A DNA stretch of 64,000 bases. It comes from Trichoplax adhaerens. Its lineage: Eukaryota > Animalia > Placozoa. The stretch lies in assembly GCF_000150275.1 (NCBI RefSeq), contig NW_002060943.1, positions 186,001 through 250,000 of the forward strand, given 5' to 3'. Positions 26,601-37,934 of this stretch are shown here, in pieces. The position numbers and the translations under genes are program-made. The notes under the pieces were generated by a model. It searched no databases and was not told the DNA's origin. It saw only the letters and a program-made list of their open reading frames with translations. The first letter of the stretch is position 1. Every line of letters begins with the position of its first letter.

Positions 26601-29600
26601 TTTGAAAAGCAATGTCAAATATCAGCCATGATCGCAAAAACTTTGATCGACCTAGACAAGATTATAGATCATGACAACATCCAATCGTATAGCCTTTCAA
26701 GGTAGATACTATCTCAATCTACTTTGAAAAGCAATATCAAACATCAGTCATGATCATGAAAGCTTTCATCGACCCGTACAAGGAGAGTTCAGAAATGGAC
26801 ATGATGGGAATCGTGAGTGAAATAGAGTGGTGATAGAATAGGGGATAGACTTAATAATGGTAATAACTTTAGTCTTAATGAAAATAATATACCTGTACCA
26901 ACGCAATTAAATAATCACATTAGAAAACCTCGGGCTATAACGTCATGGATTATAAAGAGTCGATAGAGAAAAAGAAGATATTCTAACCCTAACCCCCCCC
27001 CCCCTCCATTTTTAAAAGCGGTTGTCGTTCTTATTGATATTCGTACAGTAATTTTACAGATTAGAGTAAAAATAGCGTTCAGTCAATGATAGATTGTCAA
27101 TGGTCTGTACACTTTATCACCAAGACGTGAATAACATGTACTCAATATTTTGTTATGGTGAGAATTCATTTTCTAATCAAGATTGATGGATACAGTCCTT
27201 ATCCTTTACCTATATCGGACTAGCCATCAAAATGGCGCCTTGAGAAAGTATCGCCAGTCAACGATAGAAATGTCTTTTCATATTGAACTTAATTCTACTA
27301 CGTCTATAGCGACTGGATTGAATATTTTTATAACTTGATTCGTCTGCTCAATCGGTCATTATTGCAGTAGGAGAGAAGTAGATACAGTATGATTGCTTGA
27401 ATCGGTAGCAATAGTTCAACCATTTTATAACCCTTGCAATTGTATCAACAACTTCTACTTTATTGGCTGCAATACAACCTTTGACCGCTTGAAAATGGCC
27501 ATTAAATAGATATTGCTGTACCACATGCAAACTATTGATAAATGTTTTCTAATTGACCCAAAACAATGTGACTTAATTGATCATCATCAAATAGATTGAA
27601 TTCTTGACAATCCACTATAAAAATAGACTTTACTTTTTCCTAACGCACAATACTTACCCATGCATCTAATTGGATTGTAGAAGTTGGAAAAAAAATGCAG
27701 CTTCTACACTTATTCCTTTTTCATTTCGTCTACAATAGCAGTTATGTCATTACGGTTGATTTCAATACCATCACTTAAAGAACGACAAAAGATGGCGATG
27801 ATAAATGATTGCTTTATTGAACAACTCAATGTCTATTTTAATCAGTAGAGAAAAACGCCTAGAATAGGATTGTATTGATCATCACTAGAGTATGTTAGCT
27901 AAGCATAGAATCAATCTCGAAGGGTAAAAATGAACATAGTTGACATGGCATGATCGATGAAAGCTGCAACCTATTATCTGATGGTATTCCTAATGATTTC
28001 TTGCTAGTTTCCTTGATCAACTATCCCATTCCGATAGACTATTCCATCAGCCAATTCATTAGCAATAGAAATTGAGTCAGAAATGTTGCTATAGCATTCT
28101 TTTTCGGAAGAATTATTTTATACTTTGTTCATTTTGACAAATGATTCATCATCTACCTCGCCCCAAATGAAAGTACAGCCATGATTAATAGGACACCGTA
28201 ATCGTTCAACTTTTGACAAAGACTACTCCAATCTTCCTCATTGAGTAGTCCATAACCTTGACAAGGATTTCATTGACTGTATTACAATTTTGAACAATCA
28301 ATATCGGAGATGACGTTAACCTTGTCAACATGGACAATCTATTCTCCATATCCAAATTTAATCATCATGATAGACTAGAGGAACGATGTAACCAAGTTGA
28401 CAGCAGGAACAGGAGTATCAAGGTTATGGATACTTTTACAAATGGATAGGAATGACAATGATAATTTATTATCATAACGTTATTTTGGTTGAAGTATTTT
28501 TCCTTAATCATCTCTATCCATAATCTATCTATTATGACCTTGATAGAAAAAAAAATAGTACTATTGTACGTCCATACAATTTCGATCATTCTCTACTTTG
28601 GTCTACAAGTGAGTAGAATAGACTAGTTCATTATGGATCCATTTTAAAAATGGATTCTTTTTCCCCCTACCATAGTTATCCATAGAGCAAGAATCGCTAA
28701 TAATATATTCTATAGCGTTGATGATCATTGTCATTGCAACAACTAAACTCGTCGTCCCCCCCCCCCCATCATATCAAATTATTTTACTATAGCGATAGGA
28801 TGATATAGAAAAATTTCATGTTAGAGTGGCGAGAACCTTGGGTATACAGTATAGTAACTTAGACTTTTAAGTGAATATTAAAATATCTGGTAATACACTT
28901 GTACCTGTTATAACTTATTCGTCTTGACCAAGCTTGCTACATGTTATTAGCAATCCGTCGTATTGATTGTCATCACTATTGACATAGACACTAAATTAAT
29001 GAAAGACGGGATGGGATGGCTTGTAGAATAGTAATTCATCAAGCTACTGTACTAGCAAAAAATCGAAAATTTTTTTTTCCATACAATCGATCAGAGCAAC
29101 CACTTTTATAGTCAAATTTGAAAATTTTCCCTTCGTCATCAGTAGATGATTGTGGTCAAGCTAAGCTTTATAGGATATCTATCGACAGCATAGTACTTAT
29201 TTCGATTAATGTGTCCAAGCATAAATCGGTATGCAATCGATTGATTTGTAATGGAGACCGACCCAATCTTTTCCAATCCATTTGGTAGGGATAATATAGA
29301 AATAATATCCATTGGAAAACACCCTGCCTTCATTGCACAACCGTTGAAAACTTCTTAGGCATGTCAAATCCATTGCAATAGAATGGCTATCAGTAATACA
29401 TCATCGATATACTGTAGTAGTATTCTATTTGCATAGAATATCCACCAATAGCGTCCATGATGGACATATTAAAATATTAATGACACTATAAGTTAGTACT
29501 GGACCGAATTCCAATGATCAATAAATAGAAAGCTTAATAACAAATAACACTTGAACAAACGTAAAATTAAGACGATTCCATTGCGCGATGACAAGGATAT

Positions 29601-32600
29601 CATTGACAGACAACAGCTATTGTATCCGCCATTGCTGTTATTGACTCTAGTTAAAATAGGAATCAATCAATCATTTTTTAAAGCCGATCGCTAGAGTAAT
29701 TACTTTTGCAATAAATTTCAAACGTCAACATTTTGGATCTATCTTGAACTACAATCAATCCTCTGACTATAGATTATAATAAATATTTTTATTCATCAAG
29801 AGAGTATCACGAATAATCGTTCTATCTTGATGCATTTAAATGCTATTTCTACTTTTACATTCAAAGAAATGAGTCCATTATCCATCTGATTCTATTGTCT
29901 TCAAACTGACATTCATAACTATTTAAATCAATAAAAATGTTCAATTGACATTGACTACCTTAAAGTAGTTATAATATCTTGACTAGAATAGCAGATAGAA
30001 TCGAAGCTAATTTTTTTTTTCACTTTCGATATCAAAGCTGTAACTTGTTGTATTAAACTAAATTAGTTAGGATAAGCGTGAAATAAAATAAGAAAAGCGA
30101 TTTTACAAAGTAGTGGTAGTGTAATATTCTCTCCCAATATCTATACCTAGCATCGATATTGGAACATGAAGATACTTTCATCAACTTGGGTAACAAATTC
30201 ATTTTACAGTACAGCGGTATTCCAATGTACTACATCGACATGCTTACAGTCGATAGGGAGAATAAATCAACTAAATTGAATAGAAATGAACAGTTTTGTG
30301 TAGAATGTTCAATTGGCATAGGACTACCGTAAAGTAGTCATATCTTGACTAGAATAGCAGATAGAATAGAAGCTAATTTTTTTTTCACTTACGATATCAA
30401 AGCTAGAACTTATTCTATTAAATTAAATTAGTTAGGATAAGCGTGAAATGAGATTAGAAAAGCGATTTTACAAAGTAGTGGTAGTGTAATATTCTCTCCC
30501 AATATCTATACCTAGCATCGATATTGGAACATGAAGATACTTTCATCAACTTGGGTAACAAATTCATTTTACAGTACAGCGGTATTCCAATGTACTACAT
30601 CGACATGCTTACAGTCGATAGGGAGAATAAATCAACAAAATTGAATAGAAATGAACAGTTTTGTGTAGAATGTTCAATTGGCATAGGACTACCGTAAAGT
30701 AGTCATATCTTGACTAGAATAGCAGATAGAATAGAAGCTAATTTTTTTTTCACTTACGATATCAAAGCTAGAACTTATTCTATTAAATTAAATTAGTTAG
30801 GATAAGCGTGAAATGAGATTAGAAAAGCGATTTTACAAAGTAGTGGTAGTGTAATATTCTCTCCAATATCTATACCTAGCATCGATATTGGAACATGAAG
30901 ATACTTTCATCAACTTGGGTAACAAATTCATTTTACAGTACAGCGGTATTCCAATGTATTACATCGACATGCTTACAGTCGATAGGGAGAATAAATCAAC
31001 TAAATTGAATAGAAATGAACAGTTTTGTGTAGGTTGAGCATTTCAAAATGAAGTGATACTAGTACAACACATACATAACTTGTTAAGCTACGTATACCGA
31101 AAGAGTAAATTTGGCCTACTGTATTTCTTAATATACCTAGAATGAATTGGCTATGAAGGTAAAAAAACGAAATCAATTTTATTTTATTTTTTTTTTTTTG
31201 CTGTCTATTCTAAACTACCAAATTTCACCTAGTTAATACAATAGACCAAAAGGTACAATTTTTTACAGATCACAAACCATACAAAGAAAGGGGTAGCCAA
31301 CGATAAATGAATTCTAGGTACCAAAAAAAATGAAATAACTCTCTAAACTAGTGCTCAATGGTAGTAGTCGGTCAAAGAACGACAATTAATAATTGAATAT
31401 CAAACTAAATATTTTGGATTTGAAGGCATCATCACTCAAATTTAAGCCAACCTTGACAGTTGATAACTACCATTTTTAACCATTGACTATATATCAAAGA
31501 ATGAAATAGATTAGTAACTGCGATGTATTCATTTTTAGCTTAAAACAACCCTCCTACTGTATTTAACACTTATGGACTTGACAGTGGATAACTATCATTT
31601 TATTTTTCAGCATTTATTATATTCAAGAATGAAACATTAATAGCTGTAAGCTATGCAGGCATGGATCAATTTTAACTTTAAAACAACCTCTTCTTTCTGA
31701 TTTAAACACCTATTCACTGGATCATTGATAACTATTACTTCATGCTTGAGCATCCATTCTATTGAAGAATGAAACATATTAATAACTGTAAACTAAAGAG
31801 ATATGTATTCATTTTTATTTTAAAATGACTCTCGTCTTTGTAATTGAAATACAAGCGTACTTTTGATCAATTCAAAGATATTGTGAAGACATAGATTGAA
31901 TTTAAAATAACTATCTTACTACTGCTTAATAGAAGTCATTCTCCTATGAAGTAATTGGGGTGGAACGATAATACATAAAAAAACGCTTGACTATACAAAA
32001 TAACCCCGTCCTCAGAAATAGAAATGAGTAGTTGTATCAATAGAAGTATGATCATGTATTGATTGATTTAATTTTTAAGGCCTAGCTCTCATTATTCTCT
32101 GTTCCTTATTTACTTACAATATGTATGTATCATCAAATATAGATAAAGCGATAAACGGTAGATATTGTATGTGATAAGGTCATAAATAGAACTAGCAGAA
32201 GATTAGGGTGCGATTAATTTGCACTTAAAAATTCATCAATTGCATACACTATACATCTACCCTTAATACCTTTTGAGGACTATCAATCACCGTAGATAAG
32301 AACAAATTGAGATTATTATCGATGGAAAATATAAACTAGTAATGGACTTGATAAATTTTTTAATAAAGATGTACAGTACAGTATATTCTCCTCTAGCATA
32401 ATAATTTTATAGTTTATATTATTGTAAACGGAAAATATAAAACTAGTGATTCACTTGACAAATTTCCTCTAACGATACATCTTAGACGTTAATACATTGA
32501 TTTTATATCGTTATGTTATACTTGAAAATAACCAATTTTTTAATCATTTTGCACTACACTGTTAAGCTAATATTGTTTCTATAATTAATATTAGACGAAA

Positions 32601-35600
32601 TGGTACCCGAAGACCTACGATAATTCCATTCGAGCCTCCAGAACTATCGATACAAAATAGTGAAAAGCAGCTAAAACCATGCAATCCAGGAGTATTTATA
32701 CTACATATGGTCAACCGACAGATATATCTTAGCTACAAGTATGTAAAAAGTGAATTATATAGTTATACAATTCTATTTCATCAGCTATAATGTTAAATTG
32801 ACGTTATTAGCTATACTTTAACTCAATTAATAATTCAACCAGTATGATGTAACAATGTTGCTTATAATGTCAATATAGATCAGCTGAAAGGGAAATTAGC
32901 CATGCGCCAATATCGGTCACCGCAGAAGGTTATAACCTGAACAAGAAAAATTATACCGATATTAAAATGCTAATAGAATTTCATAGCAAACACCCTATCA
33001 ATGGCACCTTACTATCGATACAGGTAAATTGAAATAACTTGAAAAGTTAACATATAAACTGTATATTTAGCCATAGCTGTTACCTCATAATTTCGTTTTT
33101 ATAATGTACGATATATATGTATACTTAATTGATACGAAATATAGCAACAACCTGAATGCAACATTCCTGTTTGGAACGCTCCTGACATCAACCCTCAAGC
33201 AAAGAGTAAGCATCATCATCAATTAATGATTGGTAACGCGTTTGATGATATTCGCAAGAATGGACGCATCATTAAAATTTTAGTCAGTGCATCTCACACT
33301 GGTTAGTAATATGAATAAATCATTTTTAGTACAATTGTAGTTTTTATCGATCATCGGTAGATGCATTTATTTCGTTATTTTAATACTTGTTCAATCAATC
33401 ATACATACGTATATTCATTGTAGACTTCAATCAAGAGAGACAGATGTTATTAGAACGAGTCTTTCCGAAAATACGACTACATTGTTTTGAGCATGGATAT
33501 GATTTTCAAGCTATTGATGTAACCTGGGGTATTAAAAGCCTTATATTAGATGAGCACAATATTACTCGATTGACGTTAGATTTGCTACGTTACTGCCAAG
33601 AGCAATCCGTTGGGCCTAACTTTATCGTAAGTCATACAATTATGTTATAAAAGATTATTAAAAAAAATTACTGCTGTGTAAAACGTTTTGACATTTTAAA
33701 ATCATAAATATGAAACGTATTCGATATTTTTAGACCTTAGTGGGTGACAGATATGGTTATCGTCCACTGCCAACTAAAATTTTCGATAAAGAATTTAAGC
33801 AGATGTTAGCAGCTATTGAAAATCAGGAGCATAGGAAATTTTTTACCGAGTGGTTTGTGTTAGATGAAAATTCTGTTCCTGCGACGCATGTATTACAGCC
33901 AATTAGTTCAGTATACCGTGATTTTAACTCAACAAGTAGCAATGCACGCAAGGCTGCCGAGGGAAATTGGCAGAAAGCATTCAATAGATTGCAAGATATT
34001 TTATATTCAAGTCTGAAAGGAATATCTGACGAAAAAGCAAGACCGAAATATTTGCTATCTGGTCAGTATTTCAATATATATAGAGAGAGAGATAATGACG
34101 TACGTCTTGCTCTCCTTTTACAATTATAGACTTACATAATTGGTATTATCTTACATAAATGACCATCCGTTAGGTCCATTAACAAATAATCTTTTTCTCA
34201 TTTCCACAGAAACCCATATGATCGCTCAGGAAGCCATATTGCGATCAGATAATCCTAACTTTAATTGTATCTTAATGCGTAGAAATATTACAGATATTAA
34301 AAAATTCGTTGGCAATGATTCTAAAATAAGTGATTACTTAGATGTTAACCCTGAATCTGGCGTTATCGATAGCCACGCTCAAGATTTGTTGTCAACACTT
34401 ATTGATAACTACATTCCTTCTAGACTACACCATACCAATATATTGAGTTATGATGTAAAGTGGAAAGCTAATGTTGGAATCGACAAGAACAAATCAACAG
34501 ATCATTCCAAGTATATGAATGGACTATGTACTGACGTTACGGAAAAGTTAACATCCTTAGTTGATCAAGCGATCCAAACGCATTCTTCGCTAAACTTTAA
34601 TGATGATGATCTCTATGAAGAAGTTAATCACCATACTGCGCTGTGTTTAACAAAATTTAATGAATTTCATGGATGCGAAGATCTCTTACAAGCTATCGAA
34701 CGTTATGTACGAAGTAATAGCAAGCAACCTCTTGTATTATTAGGTCCCTCAGGATGTGGCAAAACATCATTAATATCTGCAGCTACTAGAGAATGCAAAA
34801 AATGGCTAGGATCATCTGGCTGTGTTGTTGTACGCTATTGCGGTACATCACCTGAATCTGGTAATATAAGATTACTGCTAAGAAGCGTATGTCAACAATT
34901 TCGAAAAATTTATAACGGTGACCCAGCTACTACACCAGAGGTAAACCTATCAACATAACTCTTTTATTCTATCATAATTTACAACGTATCACTTGAGTAG
35001 TCCGTAATTATAACTTCCTTAACTATGCAGACTTATAAAGAACTAAGGGACGACCTAATGAAACGGTTAAAAATGGCTACCACCTTTTTTCCGCAAGTTC
35101 TTATAATTGATGGTTTAGATCAATTATCAGATGATGATAATGCACACGAAATACAATGGTTACCGAAGACATTACCGGAGTACGTTAAAGTTATCCTATC
35201 AGTGAGATCAGACTCATCTAGTCCTGCTTTACGAAGTTTAAGGGTAAATTTCATTCACTGTGATTTATGTAATTATTCTTGCTCAAAATTTTTCTATTCA
35301 AAAAATTTTCCACAATCTTGATGTTTTAATAAATATACTCTTGATGTTGACCGTTTACACAGACAATATACGCAAGTGAATCAAACTTTCTAGAAGTACC
35401 CCCTATGTCAGAATCTGAAGCCAGCATCGTTTTTGATATATGGATGAATACCAAAGCACGACGCCAAGTTGGTAGTGATCAAATAAATGCGATTATGCGT
35501 ACTTTCTCCAAATGTCCTAAACCACTTTTTCTCAAGTTAATTTACGAAAGATCATGTAAATGGCATTCATATTCTAAAGGTGACGTAACATTTTTAGCCT

Positions 35601-37934
35601 CAACCTTAGAAGAAATTGTTGAACAACATTTCGAAACTTTAGAACAAAAACATGGAAAAGTTTTAGTTAGCTCTGCTTACGGATATATTACAGCCTCACG
35701 CTATGGTTTAACAGAGTCTGAAATAGAAGATCTCTTATCATCAGATAACGACGTTATTACCGCTATCTATGATAAAAATGTCCCGACAGTTGCACGTATT
35801 CCACCGATCACATGGATCCGATTACGAGCTGATGCTGGTAGCTACTTAAGCTTGTATACCGCCAATCGATGTCGTGTACTCAAATGGTTTCATCGATTTA
35901 TTGATGAATGCGCCGCAAGGCGATATCTATCTTCAGAACAACAACGTAAAAATAATTACACTGCCCTAAGTGACTATTTTCGCGGTACTTGGAGTAATAA
36001 TCGGAAAAAGCCTTGTAAGAATACAAGTGTGGACAGGTTATTACCTCCTCAACCACTAATATATAGCACCAAGGAAGGAAATAGGCCAATATACAATTTC
36101 CGTAAATTGGCTGAACTACCTTATCACTTACTTCGTGCAGGTAACAACTATCGTAAAAATGTACCATAATATAGTGTATGAAACGTTTAACAAAGAATTT
36201 TTGTTCTCTTTTTAAAAATACTACTAAAATAATATTGTTAGCATACCACTCACATGCACTACCGATTAATTATGGTATATCCCAAAAAGTAAATCATTCA
36301 TTTTATCAACTTATACTTTCCACATAGGTGAAATTGACAAAATGAAGGAAGAAACACTTTGTAATTATGAATTTATTTTGACCAAAGCTTGTGCAATGTC
36401 AGTGGCACAAGTTTTAGACGACATCAATCTTGCCCTTCAAAGTCCAGGAAGTGTCGGCGACAAAGAATTACAACTTCTACATGATGCTCTAGTAATATCT
36501 ATGAATGCCCTCAAAATGGACCCTACTCAGCTTGCATCTCAATTAATTGGTCGAATTGGTCGAAGTGTTGATAAAAAATTAACACATTTAAATGCTCTCT
36601 TACAACAGGCAATGAAGCCATCAATCCCTAATTTAATTCCACGTCGAGAATGCTTAACTAGGCCTGGTAGTGAAAAACCAAACCTAGCTAGCATCGATAT
36701 GGCAAGTCTTAATATGGAAAAATTATATATGAATAATTCAAACGTCAATGTTACAACTACTTCAAAGAAACGTAAAACTTTTACAGTATGGAATGTTAAC
36801 AGTTGCCTTCCAGTCCGCTCATTTCGAAATATTACCGTTGATCAAATTGTTATCATGAAAAGCAACAAAATAGCTGTTTACTTCGATCGTCGAATTGTTA
36901 TCATTGATTTAGATTCCGGTGAAGTATTAAACAAGATCAAGGGATTTCACTATCAGCCCAAATTTCTTGATAATGAACACCTAGTAACTCTTTCTCGTGG
37001 TAGAAAATTTGTCAAGATCGTTAATGCTATATCGGGTGACTCTATTGCATCTTTAAAGGCAGATCAGAAAAATTGTATCGATCGTTTAATGGTTAGTAGT
37101 GCAGGTAGTTTAGCTTTATGTATTTACAAGACCGAGGAAAATATCATCGGATTTATTTCTTGGGACCTTAAAACAAAGCAACAATTACCTAAATTTGATA
37201 TCAAAGATTATATCTTTAAAGAGCATATTATAAGATATTCGTCTCTAAGTGATGATGGCGAAATATTTGTTGCCGCTTCTGATGGAACACGTAAATCAGC
37301 AGAAAAGCAAGCTGCCGTAGTATTTGACGTAAAAAGCGGCAAAGTTAACTTTGGCCTATTGTATGAATCATCTCAAGCCAGAGGATTGCCAATTGGTTTT
37401 ACATGTTTTACCATCTCGAAAGATATTATATTATCTGGTTGCAAAGATAGTAGCCTTCGTTGCTGGAATAGAATTAACGGTAAAGTAATTCACTCATTAA
37501 AGGGCCATAGTAGGCCAGTTCAACAGATTCGAGTAGATGAAGATAGCTACCGTGCTATCACGGTTGCAAACCATCGTGAAGATAACAGTATCAGACTTTG
37601 GGATGTCAGACAAGGTTTACCTCTAAGTTGTTTTATACCAGATGAAATTCCTAAATGTGTTGGTATCACAAACTGTGGTTCATGGATTGTATTCTCCGTT
37701 GAAAAAGCCGAGAATTTAGGAGTACTTGGCCTCTTTTCGAATAAATCCGAGCCTGGTACTGTTAATGAAGAACGTGCTATCGATGATGCCTTCACTGAAA
37801 TCGATCTTGAACCTTGTTGTACAGCGCCGCATGATCCATTTGATGGCGATGACGATGTTGATGAATATGAATTTGATGCAGTCACAATCGAAACCGACAC
37901 CTCAACAGACCCTATGACCAGTGATGACTTATAA
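20608..37934 (+). CDS. NACHT/STAND NTPase with WD40 repeats (NWD1/NWD2-like), with predicted N-terminal myristoylation motif and SH2-like domain; ~1468 aa
   Basis: Ten phase-compatible GT-AG exons: 20608-20708, 32595-32738, 32879-33023, 33145-33301, 33424-33626, 33734-34061, 34210-34940, 35031-35243, 35363-36140 and 36328-37934 (4407 nt, open). Motifs: DUF4062-like IKILVSASHTDFNQER...DVTWG...GDRYGYRP, Walker A GPSGCGKT, Walker B VLIIDGLD, GLTESEIEDLLS, RKLAELPYHL, and WD40 segments (LKGHSRPV...SIRLWD). The exons from 33145 onward are solid; the link to exon 1 is inferred. Confidence 0.85.
22014..22361. repeat. Tandem duplication, 2 x ~171 bp, each copy with a 14-bp perfect inverted repeat
   Basis: Near-identical copies start at about 22014 and 22188. 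TTCAACAACGATTG...CAATCGTTGTTGAA is at 22133-22176 and 22304-22347. Confidence 0.93.
23915..24256. repeat. Short degenerate repeat cluster, core TTGTTAGTCAAGCAGGCGAATATT, ~7 copies
   Basis: Copies lie near 23919, 24000, 24073, 24110, 24146, 24202 and 24241. The central three have a ~37-bp period. Confidence 0.8.
26551..26782. repeat. Tandem duplication, 2 x ~122 bp
   Basis: gacaacatcc...tatagcctttcaaggtagat...ctttgaaaagcaat occurs at 26551 and 26673. Confidence 0.85.
29936..31032. repeat. Tandem repeat, 3 x ~365 bp, nearly identical
   Basis: Unit starts (aatgttcaattg) are at about 29936, 30304 and 30669. Copies 2 and 3 differ at only a few positions. Confidence 0.96.
31450..31830. repeat. 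Degenerate tandem repeat, ~125 bp, ~3 copies
   Basis: Recurring gataacta...aagaatgaaa...taaaacaac blocks. Confidence 0.7.

Noticed and set aside
26984-27004. TAACCCTAACCC telomere-like words (also near 62711)
   Set aside because: Only two units; expected by chance next to a C-run.
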